Shown piece after piece: positions 30,825 to 41,576 of a DNA stretch of 60,171 nt. Source of the stretch: Candidatus Methanoxibalbensis ujae (GTDB lineage Archaea > Halobacteriota > Syntropharchaeia > Alkanophagales > Methanospirareceae); assembly GCA_026134085.1 (NCBI GenBank), contig JAOQIN010000001.1, positions 85,344-145,514 of the forward strand, read 5' to 3'. Position 1 is the stretch's first letter. Every line of letters starts with the position of its first letter. The notes below the pieces were generated by a model. The model had not been told where the DNA came from. It was given only the letters and a program-made list of their open reading frames with translations, and ran no database searches. The translations under genes were made by a program, and so were the position numbers.

Positions 30825-32585
30825 ATGAGAGATAGGATAAAAGTGTTGCATGTGGAGGATGAAGCTGGTGCGTTGGATATTACGAAGATGTTTTTGAGGA
30901 AGATGGGTCATGGGAACATAGAGATAACACCTGCATTATCCGCGGAAGAAGGTCTGGAGAGGCTTGAAGAAGGGGATTATGATGTGATAATATCGGATTA
31001 CATGATGCCCGGCATGGATGGGATTGAATTTCTTGAGGAGGTCAGGAGAAGAGGAATAAAAACGCCTTTCATAATTTTCACGGGAAAGGGAGAGGAGCGT
31101 GTTGCGATGGAGGCGCTGAACAAGGGTGCGAACAGATACATAAAAAAAGACAGGAAGCCATCTGAGCTGTTTGAGGAGCTTGCTCGTTATATTGTTGAGC
31201 TTGCGGAGGAAAAGCGGCGTGAGGAGGAGAATGAAAAGAAGCTGCAGGCATTGAGTGGTGACGGTGTGAACCCCTTCATCATTGCACTGTCTGATGAGGA
31301 CTGGAGACTGCGAAAGGAAGCTGCTGAGGCTCTCGGAAAATTGAAGGATGAGAGAGCTGTGCAGCATTTGTCTGAGGTTCTTCTGAATGATAAGGATGCG
31401 GATGTCCGCCGTGCGGCTGCATGGGCTCTCGGTGAGATAGGGTCTCCGGATGCCATCTCCGCGCTTGTCCGTGCGTTGGACGATGAGGACCGCGGTGTGC
31501 GTGAGAGTGCGGTTGATGCGCTTGCGAAGATTGGTGCGCTGGATGCGCTTTTGAGCGCGCTGAAGAGCAAAAAAGCACGTGTGAAGAGCGCTGCTGCACT
31601 TGCTCTCGGCAGGATGGGTGCTGAAGATGCGATTCCTCACCTCTCAGATGTGTTGAGAAACGAAAAGAATCCTGAGGTGAAGTGGAGTGCTGCGTGGGCG
31701 CTTGCTGAGATCGGAAGAAAGTCGCTGCGTGCTCTCATATCCGCGTTGAACGATGAGGACGAATATGTGAGGTGGTGTGCTGTGGAGGCTCTCGGAAAAT
31801 TGAAGGACGAGAGAGCAGTTGATCATCTCATAAAACTGCTGAATGACGATGCGAGAAATGTCCGCAGCGGTGCTGCATGGGCTCTCGGCGAGATAGGTGA
31901 CAAAAATGCGATAGAGCATCTGATAAAAGCACTCGGCGACAGGGATGCGATTGTCGTTGAGAATGTGATGGAAGCGTTGATGAGGTTTCCTGAGGATGTT
32001 GTTGTTGATCCTCTCATAAAAGCTCTCGGAGACGGGCGTGTAAGCGCGAATGCTGCTGAAACGCTTGCCAAGCTCTGCAAAAAAAATGAGAATGTGATCG
32101 AGATTCTTTTGAACGCTCTTAAAAGTGCAAAAGACAAGAAAATTCGCATTGGCATTGCGAAAGCACTCTCAAAAACAGGTGATAAACGCGCGGAAAATGC
32201 TATACGCAGCGCGCTTGAGCATGAGAATGATGAGGATGTTATAAAGGCACTGGAAGATGCGCTCTCACACATATCTCACATGAGTCGCCGTGACCCGTCG
32301 CCTGCTTATGTCAGGCGCCTCATAGGGGATGTATGTGGAAGAAGCGAGAATTCAGGGAGGAGGCGGCAGATGGATGAGAGGAGGCCGCACATAAGACAGG
32401 ATGCAGTGCGCTCACTGACGCCAGATCAGGTGAGGAAGCTGAGGAAACTTTATGCGCTCGGTCTGAATGAGGAGGATATAGCGAAGAGATTGGGTGTTCC
32501 GAAGCAGGCAGTATCTGAATTCCTGAGCAGAGAGAGGTGTGATATGATCGGAAAAATGTTGAATATTCACAGGAAAAAGATCTGA
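30825..32585 (+). CDS. Response-regulator receiver + HEAT/PBS-lyase repeats + C-terminal HTH
   Basis: REC: VEDE, SDYMMPGMDG, FTGKG, YIKK; about 10 repeats of the VRxxAAxALGxIG type; C-terminal GLNEEDIAKRLGVPKQAVSEFL. Confidence 0.88.
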   Translation: MRDRIKVLHVEDEAGALDITKMFLRKMGHGNIEITPALSAEEGLERLEEGDYDVIISDYMMPGMDGIEFLEEVRRRGIKTPFIIFTGKGEERVAMEALNKGANRYIKKDRKPSELFEELARYIVELAEEKRREEENEKKLQALSGDGVNPFIIALSDEDWRLRKEAAEALGKLKDERAVQHLSEVLLNDKDADVRRAAAWALGEIGSPDAISALVRALDDEDRGVRESAVDALAKIGALDALLSALKSKKARVKSAAALALGRMGAEDAIPHLSDVLRNEKNPEVKWSAAWALAEIGRKSLRALISALNDEDEYVRWCAVEALGKLKDERAVDHLIKLLNDDARNVRSGAAWALGEIGDKNAIEHLIKALGDRDAIVVENVMEALMRFPEDVVVDPLIKALGDGRVSANAAETLAKLCKKNENVIEILLNALKSAKDKKIRIGIAKALSKTGDKRAENAIRSALEHENDEDVIKALEDALSHISHMSRRDPSPAYVRRLIGDVCGRSENSGRRRQMDERRPHIRQDAVRSLTPDQVRKLRKLYALGLNEEDIAKRLGVPKQAVSEFLSRERCDMIGKMLNIHRKKI

Positions 32586-32809
32586 ATGTTGTGAGGAGAA
32601 TTGAAAGGATAGCTCCATTTCCTCATATCTTTATATTTTGGCATTTGTCTGAGAAAGCAAATTGCACAGTTGCATCAATCAAGAGGCAGACGAAACCTGA
32701 GGCTGTTGAATGCGGAACTGCTTTGTCGGGATGTTCGCTTGAGCAGAAAGAGTGGAAATAGGAAAATGAAAGATGAATTGAAATTAACCGGATAGATCAG
32801 GAAATTGAA

Positions 32810-32885
32810 AAAATTAAAGAATAAAAAAATAAAAAATTAATAAATTAATAAATAATAAAAAATAAATAAATAAAAATAAAAAATG
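32810..32885 (-). terminator. Long T-rich tract (minus strand) downstream of mtd, probable archaeal terminator
   Basis: A-rich run on the + strand directly after the mtd stop. Confidence 0.5.
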
Positions 32886-32893
32886 TTCCGTTT

Positions 32894-33748
32894 TCATGCG
32901 GAGGGTCTCTCCATCAGTTTGACTTTTCTGAGTATTTCGCCTGTTTTTGCATGAGGAGTTCTCAGCAGCGAGTCATTACACTTCTCAATTTCACGTGCTT
33001 CCATTGCGAGTTTTGCTGCTGTTTCAAGCATTTCATGCGCTGCTGCGATGAGAAGAACATATTTATCAGGATCCTTCACGACGAAGCAACCTTGCACATC
33101 CAAATCTGCGACCTTCTCAGCCATAGCGTATGCTGCGATAGCTTTTGCCTTCGCATAAGGATTTGAGAATCCTGCACGCTCAACGGCATACTCAGCGGTT
33201 ATTTCAATCTGCGGCAGCTTCAACTCCACACTCTCTCCGGCTTTACGCCTTTTTATCTGCGAAATGACAGAATCCAGTTCCTCATGAAGTATGCGAACGA
33301 CGCCTGTTGCCGTCAGAACAGCGAGTATGTTTGCGTTGAACATGCTCATCTCAACGGCATCCAGAAATTCTCTGCGAGCGCCTATCATGGGGTCTCCCAA
33401 TATGAGGATGTATCCGAAGCCATTTTCCTTCAGCGATTTCACTGCTTTCTTAGCAGGCGCATCAGATATGACGATACATGGAATTCCCTTTGAAGCCACA
33501 ATCTCACGCGCCTTTTTGGGACCCGGGAGCGCTGCATTCGGGCTCACCACCACGACAAAATCGGGATTCCAATCAACAACTGCGGTCGTTGCATCCGCAT
33601 GCTCAGGCGTGAGCTTCGCACCTGTCTCAATGGAGAGGACATCAACATCCTCCCTGTCCGCACGCTCATCGAGCACGAGATCGACAATCCTTGAAGCGCC
33701 GATGTTTCCTAATTTCACAAATCCCACCTTCACAACCTCTTCCGCCAT
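32894..33748 (-). CDS. mtd: F420-dependent methylenetetrahydromethanopterin dehydrogenase
   Basis: KLGNIG, LDERADRED, SPNAALPGP, DPMIGARREFLD, AAHEM, RTPH. Confidence 0.95.
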   Translation of the reverse strand: MAEEVVKVGFVKLGNIGASRIVDLVLDERADREDVDVLSIETGAKLTPEHADATTAVVDWNPDFVVVVSPNAALPGPKKAREIVASKGIPCIVISDAPAKKAVKSLKENGFGYILILGDPMIGARREFLDAVEMSMFNANILAVLTATGVVRILHEELDSVISQIKRRKAGESVELKLPQIEITAEYAVERAGFSNPYAKAKAIAAYAMAEKVADLDVQGCFVVKDPDKYVLLIAAAHEMLETAAKLAMEAREIEKCNDSLLRTPHAKTGEILRKVKLMERPSA

Positions 33749-33900
33749 CGCCCGTTCATTGTTTGCTGCGGAAGTAATAAAACATGTGTATAACTGCCGC
33801 TGCGGCTGCTTCAGAGCGCCTCAAGCAACGCCTTGCTATACATAATTGAATAATAAATGAAGGATAAATGAAGGAGAAGGGGGAAGAGGGGTGCATGTGA

Positions 33901-35514
33901 ATGGAGCGCAGTGATGGAGTGTGGAAAATGGAAAAGGAAAGGGATAAGGTTGTGGTTTTGGATTTTGGAGGTCAATATTCGCATTTGATTGTGCGAAGAT
34001 GTAGGGAGCTTGGTGTTTATGCTGAACTTTTGCCCTATGACTATCCCGCCGATGAGCTGAGGGAGGGGATTGAGAGGGAGAGAGGGCATGGTAAAATCTG
34101 CGGAATAATATTTTCAGGAAGTCCTTTCAGCGTTCTTGATGATAATGCGCCGAAATGCGCCTCTGATGTGCTTGATTTTGGGGTCCCCGTTCTCGGAATC
34201 TGTTATGGTGCGCAGCTCATCGCCCATTTGAATGGAGGGCGTGTTCGGAGAGGAGAGAAGAAGGAGTTTGGAAGTGCGGATTTCTTCTTCAAAAAAGAAG
34301 AGCGGCTTTTCAGAGGAATCTCTGATGACGGCGAGCAGATAGGGAAGACGCGTGTATGGATGTCGCATGAGGATGTGATTGAGGATTTGGGAGGCAATGG
34401 AGAGGTGATCGGATGGACCGAGAACACACCTGTCGCTGCATTCCGCATAGGAAGCAATTACGGTGTTCAATTTCATCCTGAAGTGCATCATACGGAGAGA
34501 GGAAAGGATATGCTGCGCAATTTTCTTGAAATATGCGGCTGCGAAAGAAACTGGCGAATAGATGAGGATTTCGTGAGCGAGAGGGTTTATGAGATCAGGA
34601 GTGTTGTCGGCAGCGATGGAAAAGCTGTATGTGCGCTTAGCGGCGGTGTGGATTCATTTACAACTGCTGTTCTCCTGCACAGAGCAATTGGAGACAGGCT
34701 GACATGCATATTCATAGACAATGGTCTTCTGCGTGATGGAGAGCGTGAGGAAGTTCTGGAATCTCTGAGGAATACGGGTATGAAATATGTGTTTGTGGAT
34801 GCATCGCAGCGCTTTCTGGATGCGTTGCGCGGCGTCAGAGATGCTGAGGAGAAGCGAAGGATCATCGGGAAGATATTCATAGATGTTTTTGAGGAGGAAG
34901 CTCGGAAAATAGGAGCTGATTTCCTCGCTCAGGGCACTATTTATCCGGACAGAATAGAGAGTGCGAGAGCTGGAGCATCTGGAGGAAGGGCATCACGCAT
35001 AAAATCGCATCATAATGTGGGTGCGTTGCCTGAGAGGTTGCGAATGAAACTTATTGAGCCGCTTCGTGACCTCTACAAGGATGAGGTCAGGAAACTGGCG
35101 AAGACTGTCGGAATACCTGATAAAATACTGCGAAGACATCCTTTTCCGGGTCCCGGGCTTGCAGCACGTATCATAGGAGAGGTGAATGCTGAAAAACTGC
35201 GAATATGCCGTGCGGCATCTGCGATTGTTGAGGAAGAGCTGAGGAAAAGCGGATGGTATGAGCGTGTCTGGCAGGCTTTCGCGGTGGTTGGCGATGATAT
35301 GGCGACAGGTGTTCTGGGAGATGCCCGTAAAGAGGGCAGAATCGTGATCGTTCGTGTTGTCTCATCCGAAGAGGCTATGACCGCTGATTTCGTGAGGCTT
35401 CCCTATGAAATACTTGAAAAAATGAGCAGGCGCATAACAAACGAGGTTGAGGGCGTCACATGGGTGGCATACGCAATATCCTCAAAACCTCCATCAACAA
35501 TTGAGCCGTGTTAG
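33901..35514 (+). CDS. guaA: GMP synthase, fused GATase plus synthetase
   Basis: DFGGQY, GICYGAQ, QFHPE, SGGVDS, IKSHHNV, RHPFPGPGL, KPPSTIE. Confidence 0.96.
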   Translation: MERSDGVWKMEKERDKVVVLDFGGQYSHLIVRRCRELGVYAELLPYDYPADELREGIERERGHGKICGIIFSGSPFSVLDDNAPKCASDVLDFGVPVLGICYGAQLIAHLNGGRVRRGEKKEFGSADFFFKKEERLFRGISDDGEQIGKTRVWMSHEDVIEDLGGNGEVIGWTENTPVAAFRIGSNYGVQFHPEVHHTERGKDMLRNFLEICGCERNWRIDEDFVSERVYEIRSVVGSDGKAVCALSGGVDSFTTAVLLHRAIGDRLTCIFIDNGLLRDGEREEVLESLRNTGMKYVFVDASQRFLDALRGVRDAEEKRRIIGKIFIDVFEEEARKIGADFLAQGTIYPDRIESARAGASGGRASRIKSHHNVGALPERLRMKLIEPLRDLYKDEVRKLAKTVGIPDKILRRHPFPGPGLAARIIGEVNAEKLRICRAASAIVEEELRKSGWYERVWQAFAVVGDDMATGVLGDARKEGRIVIVRVVSSEEAMTADFVRLPYEILEKMSRRITNEVEGVTWVAYAISSKPPSTIEPC

Positions 35515-35546
35515 AGATCCAGAATAAAAAATAACCCAATGTATTC

Positions 35547-36557
35547 TCACCGTGGGCGAGAGGGAGGGCTCTCATTTTTTTCACAATAAAAAGGCTCTCT
35601 CAGCTTCATAGCATAAATTAATCTCTCAGCAATACAATCCTCATCCTCGCATAAAGGCACTAAATTGTCGTTTCTCAGAAGACATGGCTTTATTTTGCCG
35701 TCCGAAGTGATGCGAAGTCTCTTGCAATGCATGCAAAATGCGGAATTGTCCATCGGTTTGACCACTTCAACAGTCAATCCATCAATAAAATATTTTCGCC
35801 TGTGCTGCAGAGGTCTCGTGGCCATCGCTTTCGCATTCAGTCGCAGCATTTCCTCTATCTCCCGAAAATCAACATTGGAAACTCCACTGGCACTTTTGTT
35901 GAAAAAACCAGCGGCATCATTTGAATTTGATTCAGCGACATGAAAAGGAACGAGCTCTATCAGCTGCAATATCACGCTGTCATCACCGTATTCTGCATTT
36001 AATCCTCTCACAAAGTCCATCATCTCATCTATATCATCTTTATTCAGGTCGAGGACAACCATATTGAGCTTTACAGGAGTCAGATTTGAAGAGATAGCTG
36101 CGTGAATGCCATCTATAACTCTGCTCAGATTCCCTTTTGTCCTCGTTATAATATCATATTTTTCGGCGTTCAGCGTGTCAATGCTTATATTCACGCGATC
36201 AAGACCTGCATCTGCGAGTTCTTCGGCACATATGCTCAGAAGCGTGCCATTTGTTGTGAGCGAAATATCGTCCTCATATGCACGGATATGCTGTATTATA
36301 TCTGGAAGATCTCTACGCAGCAGCGGCTCGCCACCTGAGAACTTCACCTTTCGCACGGAAAATCGCTGAGATGCAACCTTCGCCACCCTCACAACGAGGT
36401 CAGCACTTATGCCGCTTTCATCGTCCTCATGATGGCATTCTTCATTGTCATCGAACTCGCCTTCATGATGGCAGTAAATACAGTTCAGATTGCATTTTCT
36501 CGTGAGTGAGAATCTGAGGCTCGTGATCTCCCTGCCGTATCTGTCAATAAGTCTCAT
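35547..36557 (-). CDS. moaA: GTP 3',8-cyclase (Moco/Wco biosynthesis)
   Basis: CNLNCIYCHHEG, GGEPLLR, FCMHCKRLRITSDGKIKPCL. Confidence 0.93.
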   Translation of the reverse strand: MRLIDRYGREITSLRFSLTRKCNLNCIYCHHEGEFDDNEECHHEDDESGISADLVVRVAKVASQRFSVRKVKFSGGEPLLRRDLPDIIQHIRAYEDDISLTTNGTLLSICAEELADAGLDRVNISIDTLNAEKYDIITRTKGNLSRVIDGIHAAISSNLTPVKLNMVVLDLNKDDIDEMMDFVRGLNAEYGDDSVILQLIELVPFHVAESNSNDAAGFFNKSASGVSNVDFREIEEMLRLNAKAMATRPLQHRRKYFIDGLTVEVVKPMDNSAFCMHCKRLRITSDGKIKPCLLRNDNLVPLCEDEDCIAERLIYAMKLREPFYCEKNESPPSRPR

Positions 36558-36932
36558 GTGACCTCCCCCCTTCCGGGTGCGTGCATTCTACAAAATCATC
36601 TGCCCTGGGGCTTGTTTCAGTATGTGGCTCCATTGTATCATCATTGATCTCCATAAATAGCTTTCAGATCTCATCAAACCGCAGCGCCCTCTCTTTTTCA
36701 GGCGGATGACATCCTGTCTTTCACTTTCAGTTCCCCCTGTTTCTCATCCAATTGCTTCTCTGCCCTCCTGAATTCCATTTCACCACGAGTCGTTCCAGCA
36801 CTCCCCTTCTCAACCTCTCCTTTTCTCCTCCTTCTCATTGTGCTCTCTTTCCATTTCCTCACTGTTGAGTGCCCCCTCACCAAAACGCATCAAAACACAG
36901 ACAATATATCAGATCAAAATAATGTGATTACC

Positions 36933-37088
36933 ATGAAATACAGATGCAGAATATGTGGATATGTATATGATCCTGAGAAAGGTGATCCAGACAGCGGGAT
37001 ACCTCCAGGAACAGCGTTTGAAGACATGCCTGCTGAGTGGGTGTGCCCGGTATGCGGTGCATCAAGGGAAGAGTTTGAGGAGGTGTAA
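36933..37088 (+). CDS. Rubredoxin (51 aa)
   Basis: [14 protein letters not shown]...WVCPVCG; start moved to ATG 36933. Confidence 0.95.
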   Translation: MKYRCRICGYVYDPEKGDPDSGIPPGTAFEDMPAEWVCPVCGASREEFEEV

Positions 37089-37090
37089 AC

Positions 37091-38269
37091 ATGGCTGTAA
37101 GAATGATAAAACCCGGTATATACAGTGTGGGGGCAATAGACTGGGATAGAAGGCTTTTTGATGAGCTCATCCCCCTTCCGGATGGAACAACCTATAATGC
37201 ATATCTTGTGAATGGAGGTGAAAAGACAGCCCTGATAGATACTGTTGACCCAACAAAGGAAGGTGAACTTCTGACAAACCTCAGGAAAATTGAGGTGGAG
37301 AAAATAGACTATGTAATCGCAAATCATGCTGAACAGGATCACTCTGGTGCCATTCCCACAATACTCAGTGCATATCCAGATGCAAAAGTCGTCACAAATG
37401 AAAAGTGTAAAAAGTTCCTGATTGATCTCCTGCACATACAGGAAGACCGGTTTGAAGTAATTGAAGATGGTGATGAGATCTCACTTGGGGATAAAACCCT
37501 CAGATTTTTTATTACTCCATGGGTTCACTGGCCGGAGACTATGGTTACATATCTCATTGAGGACAGAATACTCTTCAGTTGTGACTTTTTTGGGTCGCAT
37601 CTTGCAACATCAGAACTTTTTGCAGAGCAGGGAGAGGAATTGCTGAGAAGTGCGAAAAGATACTATGCTGAGATAATGATGCCTTTCAGGGCAAATATAA
37701 AAAAGAATATGGAAAAAATATCATCACTGGATATGGAGATGATTGCACCAAGCCACGGACCGATATACAAAAATCCGGACTTCATAATAAGTGCATATGA
37801 GGATTGGATTTCCGATAGAGTGAGGAACGAGGTTGTTGTGTTTTATGTGTCCATGCACGGAAGCACGGAGAACATGGTGATGCACTTTGTGGATCTCCTC
37901 ATGGAAAGGGGCATACCCGTCAAACCTTTCAATTTGACAAAAACTGATGTTGGTGAGCTTGCCATGGCACTTGTTGATGCTGCCACTGTAATTGTGGGAA
38001 CGCCAATGGTTCTGACAGGACCGCACCCATCGGCACTTTATGCGGTATATCTTCTGAACATACTGCGACCAAAAACAAAATTTTTGTCTGTTATAGGTTC
38101 ATATGGATGGGGTGGTAAATTTGTCGAGATTATAAAGGGTCTTTTGACAAATGTTAAAGCGGAACTGCTCGAACCGGTAGTGGTCAGAGGGTGTCCGAAG
38201 GAGGAGGATTTAAAAGATTTGGAGAGATTGGCGGATGAAATCCTTGAAAAACATGAAAGATTCAAGTAG
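37091..38269 (+). CDS. fprA: Flavodiiron protein (FprA, O2/NO reductase)
   Basis: GTTYNAY, NHAEQDHSG, HWPE, CDFFG, PSHG, flavodoxin SMHGST and GSYGWGG. Confidence 0.95.
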   Translation: MAVRMIKPGIYSVGAIDWDRRLFDELIPLPDGTTYNAYLVNGGEKTALIDTVDPTKEGELLTNLRKIEVEKIDYVIANHAEQDHSGAIPTILSAYPDAKVVTNEKCKKFLIDLLHIQEDRFEVIEDGDEISLGDKTLRFFITPWVHWPETMVTYLIEDRILFSCDFFGSHLATSELFAEQGEELLRSAKRYYAEIMMPFRANIKKNMEKISSLDMEMIAPSHGPIYKNPDFIISAYEDWISDRVRNEVVVFYVSMHGSTENMVMHFVDLLMERGIPVKPFNLTKTDVGELAMALVDAATVIVGTPMVLTGPHPSALYAVYLLNILRPKTKFLSVIGSYGWGGKFVEIIKGLLTNVKAELLEPVVVRGCPKEEDLKDLERLADEILEKHERFK

Positions 38270-38848
38270 TGTCACCTCCTTCCTCTTCTCCTTCTATTTT
38301 TATTTTCTTCGTTCTTTTCGTTCCTGTTCTTGACTTTCTGATGCTGTTGAACCACATCAGCCAGTTATTCCGAGACCTTCAATTGCCCGATAGGGATTGT
38401 ATCCACGATTTCACTGCTTGATTATTTTTTTCGCTCTTATAGCTCTTATAACAGATAACTTCGCTTTTATAATAGATGATAATAGATGATAGATGACAGG
38501 CGCATAGGCAGATACGGCACTGACATGAGCAGCCCGTCACAGGAGCCCTCATCGTGAAATGCGCAGATGCAACATCCACACCCGCTGCCCGCTAACACAT
38601 AACAGTTCCACAACACGCATCATGATGATAATTCATTGTCTTAGATAGCAGCCTGTCGGAGCCGACATCCACGCGCGGACGCTCTCGCCTTCATTTTCAA
38701 CTGTGCGGGGTTTCGGATTCAACAGATGTGGTGCGGGGGCTGCGGGATAGGTGATAGGATAGGTGGAGGAATATGCAGGAGAAAAAAAATAGAGGGAGAA
38801 GGAAAAAAGGGAGGAATGAAAAATGAAAAAAAGAGGAGTGATGATGCG

Positions 38849-39271
38849 ATGAAGGCGAGGTTCAGATACATAGAGCATACTTCAGATGTCGGATTTGAGG
38901 CATATGGTGACACACTTGAGGAGTTGTTTGCAAATGCAGCGCTTGCGACATTCAGCTTCATGACAAATGTGGATGAAATAGATGAGGAAGAAGAGCGTGA
39001 GGTGCATTTAAATGCCGAAGATTTATACAGTTTGATGTTTGATTGGATTGATGAGATGCTTTTTTTCTTTGAATCAGAGTCTATTGTGTTCAAAAAATTC
39101 CATTTAAAAATAGATGAGGAAAATTTTTCACTTTACGGCAGATGCATTGGAGGAAAGTTCCATCCAGAAAAGCATTCATCAGGTATTATCATAAAAGCAG
39201 TTACATACAACATGATGGAAATAAAGCGTGAGAACGGCGTTTGGAGGGCGAGAGTGGTGCTGGATGTGTGA
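38849..39271 (+). CDS. Archease (RtcB cofactor)
   Basis: EHTSDVG, IKAVTY, C-terminal LDV; start moved to ATG 38849. Confidence 0.92.
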   Translation: MKARFRYIEHTSDVGFEAYGDTLEELFANAALATFSFMTNVDEIDEEEEREVHLNAEDLYSLMFDWIDEMLFFFESESIVFKKFHLKIDEENFSLYGRCIGGKFHPEKHSSGIIIKAVTYNMMEIKRENGVWRARVVLDV

Positions 39272-39377
39272 TTCTGATGCGGGATTCGGTTTGAAGGGTG
39301 TTGCAAGTGCTGTGGATGTGTGGGATTGTGAGCGCAAGTGCGAGATTTGCATAAGATGCATCAGACAGTGAGGATAT

Positions 39378-40145
39378 ATGAAAGAGGAAACGGAAGTGGA
39401 GATTCTGGATGGAATGCCTGCGGTTATTCTGAGAGAGGAGGATGCGATATGCATTGCCGATCTCCATCTCGGCTATGAGGAAGCGCTTGCATCATCAGGA
39501 ATTTCACTGCCGAGCAGGCAGTTGAGTGATGTTGAGCTGAATTTTGAGCGTGCTTTCAACATGTGCGGCGGGGCATCTCTTCTCGTGATAAACGGCGATT
39601 TAAAGCATGTTTTTGAGCGAGTGAGCAGGCAGGAATGGAAAGAAGTTCCGATGTTCATAGATTTTGCCCTCTCTTTTGTGAAAAAAATAATATTGGTGAG
39701 AGGTAATCATGATACTCATCTCGGTCCTTTGAGGAGGTTCAGGGAAGTTGATGTTGTCAGCACGATAGAAATGGGGAATGTTCTTCTCATACACGGTCAC
39801 AACAGAAATTTTCGCAGCATTTTTTCTTCAAATGCTGAAGAGGTTTTAATTGCGCATGAGCATCCGGTTCTCGTTCTGGGGGATCGTGTGGGTGCGAGGG
39901 TTCGCATCTCATGTTTTCTGAGAGGTGAGTGCATGGGGAAGCGCCTGTGGGTGATGCCAGCGTTCTCGCCGCTTGCAGGAGGAACAGCGGTGAATTTTGC
40001 AGCGAAAAGTGATTTTCTGTCGCCTGTGTTGAGAAGTGAGATTGTGAACACGGATGAAATGGAGGTATATGCAGTTGATTCCTCCGTGGGAACGCTTGCA
40101 TTTCCGCCAATGGGAGTATGGAAGAAAATCTCGCTGTTTTTGTGA
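39378..40145 (+). CDS. Calcineurin-like metallophosphoesterase
   Basis: ADLHLG, NGDLKH, RGNHD, HGH, AHEHP, MPAFSP. Confidence 0.9.
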   Translation: MKEETEVEILDGMPAVILREEDAICIADLHLGYEEALASSGISLPSRQLSDVELNFERAFNMCGGASLLVINGDLKHVFERVSRQEWKEVPMFIDFALSFVKKIILVRGNHDTHLGPLRRFREVDVVSTIEMGNVLLIHGHNRNFRSIFSSNAEEVLIAHEHPVLVLGDRVGARVRISCFLRGECMGKRLWVMPAFSPLAGGTAVNFAAKSDFLSPVLRSEIVNTDEMEVYAVDSSVGTLAFPPMGVWKKISLFL

Positions 40146-41210
40146 TTGCGCGGCAGGAAGGAGGATGTGCACGCGATGCGTTGTGATGGATGTGGCGAGA
40201 ATGGTGATGGATGCGGCGAGTATGATGTTGTGGTGATAGGCGATCTTTTCTGCGACATATCTACGAATCCGCTGCGGGGATATCCTGCAAAGGACAAGCA
40301 GGAAGCGTGTGATTTCATGCTGAGTCTCGGAGGTCAAGCGGGAAACTGTGCGGCTGCATGCGGTGCGCTCGGTCTCAGGACCGCTTTCATATGCAAATGT
40401 GGGGATGACCCCATATCGCACTGGCTTCTCGCCTTCCTGCGGAATAATGGTGTTGAGTGCTTTTATTCTGTGAAAATGGGAGGAAAGCCCGGGATAACAG
40501 TGAGCATTGTATTTGATGATGGAAGCAGGTCAATGCTTTCGGACAGAGGAGCCAACATGGAACTCTGCAGCGATGACATAGACCTATCGCTCGTTGAGCG
40601 TGCGAGGTTTGTGATGCGGGCAGGACACTGGAACACCGAATGTCTGTTTGATGCAAATCGCATGATACTTGAGCATGCAAAGGCGAGCGGCGCATTCACT
40701 GGCGTTGACATAGGCTGGAGCGCATACAAAGGCTGGACGGAGGAGGCGAAAAAAAGCGTGTTTGATATACTGCCGTTCACTGATTTCCTTTTTGTCAATG
40801 AGGCTGAGCTTGATGCACTTTGCGGCTGTCAGCAGCAAAGCCACAGCGGTCAGCAGCAACGCCACAGCAGAACGGACAGCGGGAGAAACAAGAGCGGCGT
40901 CAATGTTGAAAATGTGAATGAAATAATCAGTCGCGGAGGCAGTAATGTCATAATACACAGAGGTTCTGAGGGCTCTGCATGGATTTCCGAGGAGATTGAG
41001 GTTTTCTGTCAGGCATTTGAAGTTCCGATCGTGAATCCGACAGGTGCGGGAGATGTGTTCAACGCCGCATTTATATGCGCTTTCCTCGCAGGTGAATCTC
41101 CTGAATCCTGCCTTAAGTTTGCGAATGCCTGTGCGGCGGTTTTCCTGAGTATGAGAAATCGTGAAAAATATCCGACAATTGATGATGTCAGAAAATTTCT
41201 CATGAGGTGA
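40146..41210 (+). CDS. PfkB/ribokinase-family carbohydrate kinase
   Basis: GGQAGN, VNEAE, PTGAGDVFNAAF; start may be ATG 40176. Confidence 0.9.
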   Translation: MRGRKEDVHAMRCDGCGENGDGCGEYDVVVIGDLFCDISTNPLRGYPAKDKQEACDFMLSLGGQAGNCAAACGALGLRTAFICKCGDDPISHWLLAFLRNNGVECFYSVKMGGKPGITVSIVFDDGSRSMLSDRGANMELCSDDIDLSLVERARFVMRAGHWNTECLFDANRMILEHAKASGAFTGVDIGWSAYKGWTEEAKKSVFDILPFTDFLFVNEAELDALCGCQQQSHSGQQQRHSRTDSGRNKSGVNVENVNEIISRGGSNVIIHRGSEGSAWISEEIEVFCQAFEVPIVNPTGAGDVFNAAFICAFLAGESPESCLKFANACAAVFLSMRNREKYPTIDDVRKFLMR

Positions 41211-41576
41211 CACTTATCAGCGAGTTTGCAGGGCTGCGCGATTGCATGAGGGCTGCGGAGATCAAAGGTTGCGCCTGTTGCACCTGAGCAGCGGAAGTCA
41301 CTCCTGCTGGCAATACTGCTGCAATCTGTTCAAGCCAAGAATGAAATGGATGAGATGGATTTTTCATCCACCAGGAAGCTCGTTCAGGCACCTCCGCCAG
41401 GAAGGCTGAAAGAGCGGTGTGGGTGAAGATGAAAGCTGCGTGATAGCAACAACCAGTTGAATGCTCATATCCATATCATAATCCATCATATCATAATCCA
41501 AAACATAAAACCACAACCAAAACCCCACCGAGCCGAATTTCGGACATGAAAAAAATAAAAAAAAAGTGCCTTTATA

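Noticed and set aside
6929..31640. Long antisense ORFs (e.g. 6929-7744, 15170-15877, 22939-23655, 30936-31640)
   Set aside because: Shadow frames opposite well-supported genes, with no motifs of their own.
38280..38840. Possible C/D-box sRNA or riboswitch between fprA and archease
   Set aside because: An ATGATGA is present but no properly spaced CTGA boxes or recognisable aptamer were found.
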